From Nitrospinota bacterium (lineage in GTDB: Bacteria > UBA8248): a stretch of 64,000 nucleotides of DNA. Positions 8,157 through 18,939 of the stretch are shown one piece after another. Both the position numbers and the translations under genes were made by a program. The notes beneath the pieces were generated by a model. The model searched no databases. It was not told where the DNA came from and was given only the letters and a program-made list of their open reading frames with translations. The DNA is taken from assembly GCA_030754595.1 (NCBI GenBank), contig JASLZZ010000126.1:1-64000 (forward strand). The letters run 5' to 3'. Position 1 is the stretch's first letter; the number at the start of each line of letters is the position of its first letter.

Positions 8157-10124
8157 CTAGCGAACACGGCTGCCGGAGCGGATACCGCCCTCGACGCCGA
8201 CGAGCCTGAGGCCGTCCTCGTCCTCGGCGGCGAGCAGCATTCCCTGCGACTCGACGCCCATGAGCTTGGTGGGCTCGAGGTTCGCCACGATCACGACGGT
8301 GCGCCCCACCAGCTCATCGGGGGCGTAGTGCCTGGCCACACCGGCGACGATGGTGCGCCGCTCCTCGCCGAGGGAGACTTCGATTTTCAAAAGATTCTTC
8401 GACTTGGGAATATTCTCGGCCACCTCGACCCGCGCCGAGCGAAGCTCCACGCGGCGGAAATCGTCGATGGAGATCAGTCCCTCACCCTCCGAATCGGATG
8501 CTTCGACCGTCTCCGAGCCGGCCGCGATTCGCGCCGCCACCCTCTCCTCGAGGGCGGCCCGCGCGTCTTCCTCGATTCGCGGGAAGAGCGGCTTTCCGAG
8601 ATCGGTATCGAGGTCGCCGGGCATCTTGTAGAGATCGACCAGCTCGGCGAACGGGGCCGAGAGCCAGTCACCGGCGAGGCCGAGCTGGCGGGCGATGCTG
8701 TCGGCCGCTTCGGGCATGACCGGGCTGATCAGGGCGGCGATGACGCGCAGGGCCGCCCCGGCGTGGTAGAGAGCCGAGTCGAGCCGTTCCTCGGGCCCAC
8801 TCTTCGCCAGCGCCCAAGGAGCGGCGGCGTCGATGTACTTGTTGCCCGCCGAGACGATCTCCCAGACGGTGCGCAGCCCGGCCTGAAGGTCGGTCGCCTC
8901 CATCTGGGCCTCATAGCGCGCCGCGGCCTCACGGACGATCCCGGCCAGCCGGGCCTCCTCGCCGCCGTCGCCTTCGCCGCGCGAGATTTTGCCCCCCCGG
9001 TAGCGCCGGACCATGTTGAGGGTGCGGTAGAGGAGGTTCCCCAGATCGTTGGCCAGATCGCTGTTGATCCGGTCGATGAGCTGGCCGTGGGAAAAATCCC
9101 CGTCGGCGCCGAAGGGAATCTCGCGCAGGATGAAGTAGCGGATGGCGTCCACCCCGTACTCCTCGATCAGCCAGTGGGGATCGACGGCGTTGCCCAGGCT
9201 CTTGGACATCTTCTGGCCCTCTACGGTCCACCACCCGTGGCTGAAGATCTGCCCCGGAAGCGGGAGGCCCGCCGACATGAGAAAGGCCGGCCAGTAAACC
9301 GAGTGGAAGCGGAGGATGTCCTTGCCGATGAAATGCTGGTCGGCGGGCCAGGCCGTGTCCGCCGGGAATCCACTCTCACTCCCGCCCTGTCCGGAGCCGC
9401 TCTGGCCGAAGCCGGCCGCCGTGGCATAATTGCTCAGGGCGTCGAACCACACGTAAATCACGTGGGCCGGGTCGCCGGGCACGGGGACGCCCCATTTAAA
9501 GCTCGTCCGGCTCACCGAAAGATCCCGCAGTCCGCCCGAGACGAAGCTGACGATCTCGTTGCGCCGGGAGTCGGGCTGGATGAACCGGGGGTTGCGCTCG
9601 TAGAGCTCGAGGAGGGGCTCTTGATACTTGCTCAGCCTGAAGAAATAGCTCTCCTCGCGCACCGGATCGGCCGGCCGCCCGCAGTCGGGGCATTTGCCCT
9701 CGTCGAGTTGGAGGTCGGTCAGGAAATTCTCGCACGAAACGCAGTACTTTCCCTCGTACTCGCCTTTGTAGATGTCGCCCGCCGCCTCGGCCCGCCGCCA
9801 GAACTCCTGGACCCCGGTCTTGTGCCGCTCCTCGGTCGTGCGGATATAGTCGTCGTAGGCGATGTTGAGCTTCTTCCACAGCGCCTTGAATTTTTCGCTG
9901 TTCTCGGTGGCGAAGGCGAAGGGGTCGCGTCCGGCCTCGGCCGCCGCCTGCTCGAGCTTTTGGCCGTGCTCGTCCGTTCCCGTGAGCATCCGCGCCGGCT
10001 CCCCGCGCAGGCGGTGAAAGCGCGCCTTCGCGTCCGTGGCGACGGTGGTATAGGCGTGGCCCAGATGGGGCTTGTCGTTGACGTAGTAGATCGGCGTCGT
10101 GACGTAGAAGTGTTTACCGCTCAT
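8157..10124 (-). CDS. metG: methionine--tRNA ligase
   Basis: TTPIYYVNDKPHLGHAY, KMSKS, one Zn knuckle, C-terminal tRNA-binding OB domain. Confidence 0.97.
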   Translation of the reverse strand: MSGKHFYVTTPIYYVNDKPHLGHAYTTVATDAKARFHRLRGEPARMLTGTDEHGQKLEQAAAEAGRDPFAFATENSEKFKALWKKLNIAYDDYIRTTEERHKTGVQEFWRRAEAAGDIYKGEYEGKYCVSCENFLTDLQLDEGKCPDCGRPADPVREESYFFRLSKYQEPLLELYERNPRFIQPDSRRNEIVSFVSGGLRDLSVSRTSFKWGVPVPGDPAHVIYVWFDALSNYATAAGFGQSGSGQGGSESGFPADTAWPADQHFIGKDILRFHSVYWPAFLMSAGLPLPGQIFSHGWWTVEGQKMSKSLGNAVDPHWLIEEYGVDAIRYFILREIPFGADGDFSHGQLIDRINSDLANDLGNLLYRTLNMVRRYRGGKISRGEGDGGEEARLAGIVREAAARYEAQMEATDLQAGLRTVWEIVSAGNKYIDAAAPWALAKSGPEERLDSALYHAGAALRVIAALISPVMPEAADSIARQLGLAGDWLSAPFAELVDLYKMPGDLDTDLGKPLFPRIEEDARAALEERVAARIAAGSETVEASDSEGEGLISIDDFRRVELRSARVEVAENIPKSKNLLKIEVSLGEERRTIVAGVARHYAPDELVGRTVVIVANLEPTKLMGVESQGMLLAAEDEDGLRLVGVEGGIRSGSRVR

Positions 10125-10163
10125 AGCGTCTTGAGAACTGCCTCTGTCAGGGTTAAAGGGAAG

Positions 10164-11075
10164 CTACCCGCCGATGGGGTTCTTGAGTGTGTACTGGCCG
10201 TTCGCCATCCGGGTCAAGCCGTTGGCGTGAACCGTCATCCGCTCCCCGTTTTCTAGGGCGAGCGTGATCTCCTCCGCCAGGATATCCTGACGAATCACCG
10301 TCGCCACGCAATTGCACCCGCCCACCTTTTTCTTGCACGCCGGCAGCCGCTTCTTCACCGCTGCGTAGTGTGAATGCTCGAACCGCAGACAACACTTCAG
10401 GCGGCCGCAGGCCCCCGAAAGCTTGGTGGGGTTCAGGCTCAGATTCTGATCCTTCGCCATCCGGACCGAAATGGGGTCGAAGGCCTTGATGAAGCTGCTG
10501 CAGCAAAGCTCCTGGCCGCAGTCGCCGCATCCTCCCTTGATCCGCGCTTCGTCTCGCACACCGATTTGGCGCAACTCCACGCGAATCGAAAAATGCTCGG
10601 AAAGCGCCTTCACGAGCCGCCGGAAATCCACCCGCCCGTCGGCCGAGAAGAAAAACACCCCCTTCTTCTTGGAGAAGGCGTACTTCACGTTGATCAGGTT
10701 CATCGGCAGCTTCATCTCGGCAATTTTCTTCTTGGCGACGTTGAACGCCCGGTTCTCCAACCTCTCGATGGTGGAGAGTAGCGCCTCGTCCGCTTCCGTC
10801 AGGCGCCGAAGCACTTTCGGTATGGGCGCGCTGTAGTAGCGCGCCTCCATATACCGGGGGCTGTCCGTCACCGTCCCCGACTCCTCCAGTCCGTCCGGGG
10901 TTTTCACCAAGACCCCCATCCCCGACCGGAGCGGCAAATCCCCCGCCAGGTAATACACCGGCTTGGAATCGAAGCGGCTGCTGACAGGAACGATTTTTAT
11001 TTTTTCGGGGGTTTCGCTGCCACCGGACTGCGCCTGAGCGGTTGCAACCCCGCCCTCGTTATTTTTCCCGTTCAT
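10164..11075 (-). CDS. PSP1 domain protein (YaaT/RicT family)
   Basis: DGRVDFRRLV, RVELRQIGVRDEAR..GGCGDCGQELCC, LSGACGRLKCC; typical position between holB and metG. Confidence 0.9.
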   Translation of the reverse strand: MNGKNNEGGVATAQAQSGGSETPEKIKIVPVSSRFDSKPVYYLAGDLPLRSGMGVLVKTPDGLEESGTVTDSPRYMEARYYSAPIPKVLRRLTEADEALLSTIERLENRAFNVAKKKIAEMKLPMNLINVKYAFSKKKGVFFFSADGRVDFRRLVKALSEHFSIRVELRQIGVRDEARIKGGCGDCGQELCCSSFIKAFDPISVRMAKDQNLSLNPTKLSGACGRLKCCLRFEHSHYAAVKKRLPACKKKVGGCNCVATVIRQDILAEEITLALENGERMTVHANGLTRMANGQYTLKNPIGG

Positions 11076-11085
11076 AAAAAAAACC

Positions 11086-12129
11086 TCATCCACCCGCGCC
11101 CACGGTGCCGCGCAGGGAGATCACTAAGGATTCGAGCGTCAGGGAGGGGTTCGTGTTGATCTCCCCCACATCCCGGGCCGCGAACCGGACCCGACCCAGC
11201 GCCTGGAACAGACCCGAAACGCCCCAGCGGCTGCCGATAGCCCGGAGCGCCTTGTCCACATCGGCATTCCAGGGCTCCAGTACATCCGGGGCCACCTCGA
11301 GAACCAGTATATCCCGAAGGAGACCTAAAATCATTTCGAGAAACCCAAGAACATCCCTTCGGGCGGACCCCCCCCTCCCCGCCACGGCTGCGGCCATGGC
11401 CAAAAGCGCCGCCTCATCCGCCTTTCCGGGCGGCGCGGAGACCCCTTCGAGAAACTCAAGGGCGCTCTCCCGCTGCTCGGCCAAGGCCCGGGAATCGGCG
11501 TCGAACGCCTGTCCCAGCCGCCCCAGGCTCAGAGAAATCAACCGGTCCAGGTCCGCCTCCCCTTCCCCGAGAATCGCCGAGAGTATCTCGCGCTGCTCGG
11601 CGCGGTTGAGGGAGCGGAATCGGAGCCGGCGGCACCGGGAGACGACCGTGGGCGGAAGGGCGTGCAAATTGGGGGTGACGATGATCAGAACGGTGTCCGG
11701 GGAGGGCTCCTCGAGCGTTTTTAAAAGAGAGTTGAACGCGGGCAGGGTCACCGTGTGGGCATTATCCACGATAAATACGAGGCGGCGCCCTTCCTGGGGG
11801 CGCTGGTGGGCTCGCTGGAGCACCTGCTCGCGAATCGGACCGACTCCTATCGTTTTTCTGTCCTGCCCCGTACTTTTGTCCTTCTCCGGCCGGACGGTAA
11901 TCACATCGGGGTGGACCCCCCGCCCGACCTTCTCGCAGGCCGGGCAGGCCCCGCAGGGCGGCGCCTCGCCCTCGCACTCGAGCGCCCGCGCGAACAGGCC
12001 CGCCGCCGTGGCCTTGCCGACCCCATCGGGGCCGAAAAAAATATAAGCGCCCCCCACCCGGCCCGAGGAGATATCGCGCCTAAGCGATTCTACGGCCGCG
12101 TCCTGGCCTTGAAGGATTCCCCAGTCCAT
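11086..12129 (-). CDS. holB: DNA polymerase III subunit delta'
   Basis: GPDGVGK, CGACPAC zinc motif, HPDV, NSLLKTLEEP, SRC; follows tmk. Confidence 0.92.
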   Translation of the reverse strand: MDWGILQGQDAAVESLRRDISSGRVGGAYIFFGPDGVGKATAAGLFARALECEGEAPPCGACPACEKVGRGVHPDVITVRPEKDKSTGQDRKTIGVGPIREQVLQRAHQRPQEGRRLVFIVDNAHTVTLPAFNSLLKTLEEPSPDTVLIIVTPNLHALPPTVVSRCRRLRFRSLNRAEQREILSAILGEGEADLDRLISLSLGRLGQAFDADSRALAEQRESALEFLEGVSAPPGKADEAALLAMAAAVAGRGGSARRDVLGFLEMILGLLRDILVLEVAPDVLEPWNADVDKALRAIGSRWGVSGLFQALGRVRFAARDVGEINTNPSLTLESLVISLRGTVGAGG

Positions 12130-12743
12130 CCGAATTCTTTCGTCACTGCTTCGAGTATGCGCGCGTGAACCTCCTCGACGGTTCCGGGCGCGATCAGGCG
12201 GAAGCGCCCGGGCTCGCCCCGGGAAATTTCCACGAATCCCCGCCAGACGCGCTCGTGAAATTCCACCCCCTCACCCTCAAGCCGGTCCCCGCTCTCCCCT
12301 CCCCTCGCCCGGCGGAGGCCCTCGCCGGGCGAGGTCTCCAGCAGGAGCGTCAGATCGGGAATCAACCCCTCGGTCGCCCGCGCGTTCAGATCCACCACCA
12401 ACTCGACCGGGAGGCCGCGCCCGTAGGCCTGATAGGCCGTCGTCGAATCGAAGAACCGGTCGCAGAGGACATGCTCCCCCGCCGCGAGCGCCGGGCGGAT
12501 CACCTCCCGGACATGCTGCGCCCGGTCCGCCTCATAGAGAAACAACTCGGCGAGGGGCGAAACTTCTTCACCCCGCGGGGCGAGAAGGATTTCCCTAATT
12601 CCGGCCCCGAGCCCGGTGCCGCCCGGCTCCCTGGTCGTGCACACCGGGAGCCCCTCGCTCTCCATCCACTCCCTGAGAAGGCCGAGCTGGGTGGATTTCC
12701 CCGTGCCCTCCGGGCCCTCGAACGTGATGAACCTGCCCTGCAA
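12090..12743 (-). CDS. tmk: thymidylate kinase
   Basis: FITFEGPEGTGKSTQ, TREPGGT, DRFFDSTTAYQ. Confidence 0.95.
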   Translation of the reverse strand: MQGRFITFEGPEGTGKSTQLGLLREWMESEGLPVCTTREPGGTGLGAGIREILLAPRGEEVSPLAELFLYEADRAQHVREVIRPALAAGEHVLCDRFFDSTTAYQAYGRGLPVELVVDLNARATEGLIPDLTLLLETSPGEGLRRARGGESGDRLEGEGVEFHERVWRGFVEISRGEPGRFRLIAPGTVEEVHARILEAVTKEFGWTGESFKARTRP

Positions 12744-12872
12744 GATTCTCTCTCCAAACGGCGGATGAATACATCCGCACCGGCTCCGCCGGCTCAGGCG
12801 AGGAGCCTAACACATTGCCGGCGGGCGGCTCCCGAAATCCGCCAAAGCCACACAGATGGCGTGCAGCCGCCG

Positions 12873-14267
12873 TCAGCTTTTGAGCTGCTCGGCCTGATCG
12901 AGTTTCCGGTAGATGGTGCGGGTGGCGATTCCGAGCCGGCGGGCGGCGGCGCTCTTGTCGCCGCCGGTGCTCCTCAGGGTCTCGAGGATGACCCGGCGCT
13001 CGACCTCGGCCAGGGGGGTTCCCACCGGAATACTGATGACGGTCGAACCCGCCTCGACGTGAAGCTCATCGTCCTCTCGGCTCTCCCCCGCCACACCCGC
13101 CGGCAGATCGGCGAGGGTCAGCACCTCGCCCCGCCCCAGGACAACGGCGCGCTCCACCGAGTTCTCGAGCTCCCGGATATTTCCCGGCCAATCGTAGTTG
13201 GACATCGCCTCGACCGCCGCGCGCGAGAAGACGTTGACGGGCTGGTTGTTCTTGGCCGAAAACCGCTCGAGGAAATGCTCGACGAGAAGCGGGATGTCGC
13301 CCCGCCGCTCGCGGAGGGGCACCAGGTGGATGCCGATGACGTTGAGGCGGTAGTAGAGGTCCTCCCGGAAACACCGTTCGGCGATGGCCTCGGTGAGGTC
13401 CTGGTTCGACGCCGCGACGATGCGCACATCCACCTTGAGGGTTTCGTTTCCGCCCAGCCGCTCGAACTCGCCCTCCTGAAGTACGCGGAGGATTTTCGCC
13501 TGAAGGGCCATCGGCATGTCGCCGATCTCGTCGAGGAATAGCATCCCCTCGTCCGCAAGGAAAAACCGCCCCTCCTTCCGGGAGACCGCCCCGGTGAAGG
13601 CCCCGCGCTCGTAGCCGAAGAGCTCGCTCTCGAGCAGGGTCTCGGGCAGGGCGGCGCAATTCACCTTGATGAAGGGCCTCCCCGCCCGCTCGCTCGAGCG
13701 GTGGATGGCGTTGGCGACGATCTCCTTGCCAGTTCCGCTCTCCCCGAGGATCAAAACGTTGGCCGAGGTCGGGGCCACCTGGCGAATCAACTCCTTGACC
13801 TCGCGGACGGCTGCGCTGTTACCGATGAACCCGGAGGCGTCGCTCAGACTCCGAAGCTGTGCGCGCAGGCCGGCGTTCTCCCGGGTGAGGTCCTGTTTTT
13901 CTCGCGCCTTCGATATGGCCTTGAGGACGACGACGCGCTCGAGCGGCTTGGTGATGAAATCGTATGCGCCCTCGCGCATGGCCTCGACGGCGGTCTCGAC
14001 CGTGCCGTGTCCTGATATGAGAATCACCTCGGTCTCGGAGCTCATGCGCTTCACCTCTTTTAGCAGGGAGATTCCGTCCCTGCCGGGCATCCTCAGATCG
14101 GTGATCACCAGATGCGCGGCCTCGCAGCCGAATATTTCGAGCGCCGTCTCGGTGTCGTGGGCTATCGAGACCTGGTAGCCCTCCTTGGCGATCATTTTTT
14201 GCAGGGCCTCGCGGCTGCCGCGCTTGTCGTCAACGACCATGATGTGAATGTCGCTGTTGGGTCTCAT
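12873..14267 (-). CDS. sigma-54-dependent response regulator (NtrC/AtoC type)
   Basis: REC domain, GESGTGKE, ESELFG, GAFTGA, C-terminal Fis-type HTH. Confidence 0.93.
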   Translation of the reverse strand: MRPNSDIHIMVVDDKRGSREALQKMIAKEGYQVSIAHDTETALEIFGCEAAHLVITDLRMPGRDGISLLKEVKRMSSETEVILISGHGTVETAVEAMREGAYDFITKPLERVVVLKAISKAREKQDLTRENAGLRAQLRSLSDASGFIGNSAAVREVKELIRQVAPTSANVLILGESGTGKEIVANAIHRSSERAGRPFIKVNCAALPETLLESELFGYERGAFTGAVSRKEGRFFLADEGMLFLDEIGDMPMALQAKILRVLQEGEFERLGGNETLKVDVRIVAASNQDLTEAIAERCFREDLYYRLNVIGIHLVPLRERRGDIPLLVEHFLERFSAKNNQPVNVFSRAAVEAMSNYDWPGNIRELENSVERAVVLGRGEVLTLADLPAGVAGESREDDELHVEAGSTVISIPVGTPLAEVERRVILETLRSTGGDKSAAARRLGIATRTIYRKLDQAEQLKS

Positions 14268-16417
14268 GCTTTCGCCTCCACGGGGGCCGCCTCCGGCAAG
14301 GAAATATGGAAGGTGGTTCCCATCTTCTCCTGGCTCGAAAAACGAATGGTTCCGCGGTGCTCGCTCAGAATCTGCTGCGTCAGAACGAGGCCCAGCCCGG
14401 TTCCGCTCGCTTTAGTCGTGAAAAACGGGGTGAACATCGATTCCTGGTCCTTGACCGGAATCCCGATGCCCTGATCCTCGATGTCGATGCCGACGGTGCC
14501 CTCGGGGCCGGCGACGGTGCGGACTAACAGCCGCCCGCCCTCGGGCATGGCGTCGAAGGCGTTGAGGATGAGGTTTTGAAACGCCAGCCGAAACTGCGTC
14601 TCGTCGAATTCGACCTCGGGGATATCGGCCGAAAACGAGCGCTCAACCCGTATCCCCAGGCTCGCGCCCTCCTCGGCGTGAAAATTCAGAAGGTCGTCGA
14701 GCAGCTCGTTGATGTCGCCCACCCGGCGGCCCGAGCGCGGCATCCGAACGAACTTGAGATAATCATCGGTCACCTGCCTGAGAATATCCACTTCGTTCTT
14801 TATCGAGCGAAGCAGCGACCAGGCTTCCGAGGTCTCCTCGCCCGCGTAGCCGCCGAGTTCGTCTCCGAGCAGCTCGGCGTTGAGGTTGATGGCCGAAAGG
14901 GGGTTCCGGATCTCGTGGGCCACCTGGGCGCTCATCTTGCCGACGATGGTGAGGCGCTCTTGCTGGAGGAGCTGTTGTTCGAGGGCGCGGCGCTCGGTGA
15001 CATCCTTGATATAGAGAATGACCTGGTGAGGCCGCCCGCCGGCCCCGAAAATCGGATACGAATAGAGTTCGGCGTCGATCCGCCTCCCGCCGGGCAACTC
15101 GACAGATCGCTCGGCCGTGCCCCGACGGCCACTCTCGAAGGTGCGGATCGCAATGCTCCTGTCGGCGAGTCCCTCGGGGAGGGGAGCGCCTCCCTCCCCG
15201 CCCCAGGTGAGAAAAAGCAGGTCGGGAATTTCGCAATCGAGCAACAGACTCATCTCACGGTTCACCATCAAAATCCTAAAATTCTCGTCGAGGATGCAAA
15301 TGCTGTCGGTGATTCCGTCGAAGAGGGCCTGGAGCCGCGTTTTGCTCTCGAGAACCTGGCCCGACCAGTGAAGCCGGTCCTCGACCCGGATGCGCCGCCT
15401 CTCGCGATCGAGGATGAGGAGGGCGGCGGCGATGATCACGGCGAAACCGAAGCTCGTCACCAGCAAACTTTTCCGGAAGGTGCGCCGCACCAGGTCGCTC
15501 ACCTCTGAGGAGGAGGCCGTCACCGCCAGGGTCCACTGCTCCGGGCCGACCAGGAGCGGGGTGAACGCGGTGAGGGTGCGGCCCTTGCGCGAGACCTTTC
15601 CGGGGCGAAAATCGAAATGCCAGTCGAAGCCCCGCTCGCCGCGCGACATCCGCGCCACGCTTCGCTTGAGGCGCTCATCCCCCCGGCGGCTGGCGATATC
15701 GCCCAGGCGAACCCCCTCGAACACCGGAAACCCCGGCGAGATTAAAATCCGCCCGGCGCCGTCCATCAACCAGGCGCGTCCCTTCAGCCCCGATTGAACC
15801 GGGTTGATGAAGACGCGGGCCAGGTCCTCGAGCAACACCGTCGCGAATACCCAGTCGCGGTTTCCGGTGGGCACGGCGGCGAAAATAAATTCGGGTTCCT
15901 CCCCCTTGCGGACGATCAGAAAACACGACTCGGCTCCCGGCGGGCAGCGCGACAAAATCCCCGGATTCTCCTGGAGGGAGGCACCGGGATCCGGTGCGCC
16001 CTCTCTCAATATACCCACCTGGTTGATGCGCGGCCGACCCCCGAGGCGCTCGTAGAGCCCGGCGATGGCGATCATCCGACCGGGATGGCCGGGCCCGACC
16101 GTCCGGAGAAATCTCGCGCTGAAGCGGAGGCTGGCCGTCAACTCCCCCAGAAAAGAGACGATCCGCCCGCTCGCCTGATCGGCGATGAGGAGTTGCTGGC
16201 GGTTGAACTGGATCTCGATATCCCCTCTCGCACCCGAATGGATTTTCAGCGAAATGCCCAGAAGGATCAGCAACACCGCGGCGGCGCCCGAGATGACCAC
16301 ATAGCGGTACCTGCGATTCACCCGCCGCGACTCAGCGATGCGGGATGTCGCCCCCATCGCGGTCTCTTTGTTCTCATCCTGCGCGGCCATCGCCCGATCC
16401 ACCCTCTTTGAGGTCAT
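14264..16417 (-). CDS. membrane sensor histidine kinase (two TM, Cache-like sensor, PAS)
   Basis: AHEIRNPL H-box, NLILNAFDA, DQGIGI, FFTTK.SGTGLGL; 4-bp overlap with the regulator; start uncertain (16417, 16390 or 16357). Confidence 0.9.
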   Translation of the reverse strand: MTSKRVDRAMAAQDENKETAMGATSRIAESRRVNRRYRYVVISGAAAVLLILLGISLKIHSGARGDIEIQFNRQQLLIADQASGRIVSFLGELTASLRFSARFLRTVGPGHPGRMIAIAGLYERLGGRPRINQVGILREGAPDPGASLQENPGILSRCPPGAESCFLIVRKGEEPEFIFAAVPTGNRDWVFATVLLEDLARVFINPVQSGLKGRAWLMDGAGRILISPGFPVFEGVRLGDIASRRGDERLKRSVARMSRGERGFDWHFDFRPGKVSRKGRTLTAFTPLLVGPEQWTLAVTASSSEVSDLVRRTFRKSLLVTSFGFAVIIAAALLILDRERRRIRVEDRLHWSGQVLESKTRLQALFDGITDSICILDENFRILMVNREMSLLLDCEIPDLLFLTWGGEGGAPLPEGLADRSIAIRTFESGRRGTAERSVELPGGRRIDAELYSYPIFGAGGRPHQVILYIKDVTERRALEQQLLQQERLTIVGKMSAQVAHEIRNPLSAINLNAELLGDELGGYAGEETSEAWSLLRSIKNEVDILRQVTDDYLKFVRMPRSGRRVGDINELLDDLLNFHAEEGASLGIRVERSFSADIPEVEFDETQFRLAFQNLILNAFDAMPEGGRLLVRTVAGPEGTVGIDIEDQGIGIPVKDQESMFTPFFTTKASGTGLGLVLTQQILSEHRGTIRFSSQEKMGTTFHISLPEAAPVEAKA

Positions 16418-16521
16418 GGATAAATCGACTAAGAATATCATAATCAAGATCTTATGAAGAATAACACCCGCCGGGCGGAAAATAATCCCCCGCCCCGGCC
16501 ACCGCCGAAAAATCCCTATTC

Positions 16522-16550
16522 TTGACAGCCCCCACCCCTGGACTTAAGCT
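16522..16550 (+). promoter_or_regulatory. sigma-70-type promoter of hrcA
   Basis: TTGACA (16522-16527), 17-bp spacer, TAAGCT (16545-16550). Confidence 0.7.
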
Positions 16551-16560
16551 CGACAAAAGA

Positions 16561-16587
16561 TTAGCACTCTACCCGAAAGAGTGCTAA
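16561..16587. promoter_or_regulatory. CIRCE element (HrcA operator)
   Basis: Exact TTAGCACTC-N9-GAGTGCTAA directly upstream of hrcA. Confidence 0.97.
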
Positions 16588-16621
16588 CCACGGCCCCTCG
16601 CTCCTATCACGGGATCCCAAC

Positions 16622-17701
16622 ATGGCCACGAACCCCACCGATCTATCCGCCAGGACACAGGATGTCCTCCGCGCCGTCGTGAACACCTTCATCGAAACCG
16701 GAGAACCCGTGGGCAGCCGGACGCTCTCGAAGAAGATTCCCCTCTCCCTGAGCCCGGCCACCATCCGCAACATCATGAGCGATCTGGCCGAGGCCGGATT
16801 CCTCTCCAAGCCCCACGCCTCGGCCGGAAGGCTTCCGACCGATCTGGGCTACCGCGTCTTCGTCGATGCGCTGATGAACATCCACCACATCACCCGCGAG
16901 GAGCGCGAGTCCATCCAGAGAAGCTACGCCCACCGCATGGCCCAGGTGGAGCAGGTCGTCACCCAGGCTTCGCGGATTTTGTCCGAGCTTACTCAACAGG
17001 CCGGGGTTGTCCTCCTCCCGGGCCGCGATCAGCTCTTTTTCCAGAATATCCAGTTTATCCGCATGTCCAGCGAAAACGTCCTCGTCGTCATCGTCTCGAA
17101 GAGCGGCGTCGTCCAGAACCGCGTCGTCCCCATCGACGAGGATCTGGACCAAGAGAAGCTCAACCGGATATCCCACTACCTGAACGAGGAGTACGGAGGT
17201 CTCTCCCTCCGCGAGGTCCGCGCCCGGGTTCTCGAGCGCATGGGCGAGGAGCGCGACAACCTCGACATGCTTTACAATAGAGCCGGGGAGCTGAGCCGGC
17301 GCACTTTTCTCGTTGATGACGAAGAAGACGACGGCGAGGGGCTTTTCGTCGATGGCGCCTCGCGGGTTTTCACCCAGCCCGAGTTCGCCGACGATTTCGA
17401 AAAACTCCAGAATCTCTATCAGGCCTTCGAGGAGAAGGGCAAGCTCATTCGTCTCCTCGACGGGTACCTCAATTCCCCCGACCTCACCGTGTTGATCGGC
17501 TCCGAAAACGACATCGACGGGATGGAGGATTGCAGCGTCGTGGCGCGCTCCTACTTCATCGACGACCGGCCCCTGGGCACCATCGGGATCATCGGCCCCA
17601 AGCGGATGCGCTACGACCGGGTGGTCTCCCTCGTCGAGTGGACGGCGGACGCCGTGAGCCACTACCTCTCCCACGGAGACCACAGGATCGATCCGAAGTA
17701 G
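16622..17701 (+). CDS. hrcA: heat-inducible transcription repressor HrcA
   Basis: GEPVGSRTL, SPATIRNIM, PHASAGRLPTDLGYR, IGIIGPKRMRY. Confidence 0.97.
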   Translation: MATNPTDLSARTQDVLRAVVNTFIETGEPVGSRTLSKKIPLSLSPATIRNIMSDLAEAGFLSKPHASAGRLPTDLGYRVFVDALMNIHHITREERESIQRSYAHRMAQVEQVVTQASRILSELTQQAGVVLLPGRDQLFFQNIQFIRMSSENVLVVIVSKSGVVQNRVVPIDEDLDQEKLNRISHYLNEEYGGLSLREVRARVLERMGEERDNLDMLYNRAGELSRRTFLVDDEEDDGEGLFVDGASRVFTQPEFADDFEKLQNLYQAFEEKGKLIRLLDGYLNSPDLTVLIGSENDIDGMEDCSVVARSYFIDDRPLGTIGIIGPKRMRYDRVVSLVEWTADAVSHYLSHGDHRIDPK

Positions 17702-17738
17702 TGCCCGCTCCGCTCCCGGCCCTTAAACGCACCGGCCG

Positions 17739-17778
17739 CCTCCTCTGTCGGCGTCACCTCCTCTGTCGGCGTCACCTC
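17739..17778. repeat. 18-bp tandem duplication
   Basis: CCTCCTCTGTCGGCGTCA twice, then CCTC. Confidence 0.85.
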
Positions 17779-17819
17779 TCCCCCCGCCGCTCTCCGTTCG
17801 CCTCGAGGGCCCGCGCCTG

Positions 17820-18914
17820 ATGGCTCCGGACGCCTATGAAATCCTGGACGTTCCCCGGAACACCGGCGCCAACGAAATTCGCAAGGCCTACCGAAAGCTC
17901 GCCCTCGACTTTCACCCGGACCGCAACCCCGGGGACCCCGAGGCCGAGGCCCGCTTCAAGGAAATCGTCATCGCCTACGAAACACTCCGGGACCCCGCAA
18001 AACGGGCTGCCCACGATTCGCTCCCCCGGGGCTCCGGCACGCGGAGCCCGCGCACCGATAAGGACTCGGGCCCCTTCGACCAGGAGTGGGAGGACATCTT
18101 CTCCCAGATATTCCGGGGCCGGAGGGGAGCGAAAAAACCCGCCAGGGAGCGCGGAAGCGATCTTCAGTCCCGGGTCGAGATCACTCTCGAGGAAGCCGCT
18201 GCCGGCGTCAGCCGCGAAGTCTCGGTGGACCGCCTCACGGTCTGCGGCCAATGCCGGGGAGAAGGGACGGACCCGGAGGCCGCGGCCGTCGCGTGCCGCC
18301 TCTGCGGGGAAACCGGCGAGATCAGATTTCACCGGGGGCTGGCGGAGGCCGCCATTCCCTGCGCCACCTGCATGGGAAGCGGAACCCACTCCCGCAAAAA
18401 ATGCCCCGGGTGCCGGGGTGCGGGCCGCCTCAGCCAGAGGGAGCACATCCGGGTGAAAGTCGCCGCCGCCGTTGTGGATGGCACTCAGCTCAGGGTGCGC
18501 GGCAAGGGGAACGAGGGCGGCGGCGAGACCGGCGATCTGCTCGTAGGGGTCCGGATCAAGGCGCACAAGATATTCGAGCGCTCGGGAAACGACATCTTCT
18601 TTAATCAGCCCATCACCATCGTCCAGGCGGCGCTGGGAGACGAGATCACTGTCCCCACCTTGGGTGGCCGGGTGAAGGTCCGGATTCCGGCGGGCACCCA
18701 GACCGGCCAGATCTTCCGGCTCAGGGGAAAGGGACTCTCCCCCCCCGGCGGACGGCGCACGGGCGATCAGCTGGTGAGCGTCACCGTCGAAACCCCCATC
18801 CGGCTCAACAAAAAGCTCCGCGCCCTGTTCCGGGAATTCCAGCGTCTTTCCTCGGCCTCGACCAACCCGCTCACGAAGCGGTTCCTCGACAAGGTGAAAT
18901 CCTTCCTCCGCTGA
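17820..18914 (+). CDS. dnaJ: DnaJ-family chaperone (class A)
   Basis: J domain with HPD, four CxxCxxxG repeats, C-terminal domains; short G/F region. Confidence 0.88.
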   Translation: MAPDAYEILDVPRNTGANEIRKAYRKLALDFHPDRNPGDPEAEARFKEIVIAYETLRDPAKRAAHDSLPRGSGTRSPRTDKDSGPFDQEWEDIFSQIFRGRRGAKKPARERGSDLQSRVEITLEEAAAGVSREVSVDRLTVCGQCRGEGTDPEAAAVACRLCGETGEIRFHRGLAEAAIPCATCMGSGTHSRKKCPGCRGAGRLSQREHIRVKVAAAVVDGTQLRVRGKGNEGGGETGDLLVGVRIKAHKIFERSGNDIFFNQPITIVQAALGDEITVPTLGGRVKVRIPAGTQTGQIFRLRGKGLSPPGGRRTGDQLVSVTVETPIRLNKKLRALFREFQRLSSASTNPLTKRFLDKVKSFLR

Positions 18915-18939
18915 TTGCCGAAACGTAGCGCGCCCCTTA

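Noticed and set aside
7860..10256. 798-aa plus-strand ORF and other long antisense ORFs (22661-25066, 33450-35027, 56181-57782)
   Set aside because: Shadow frames of well-recognised genes in high-GC DNA, with no motifs of their own.
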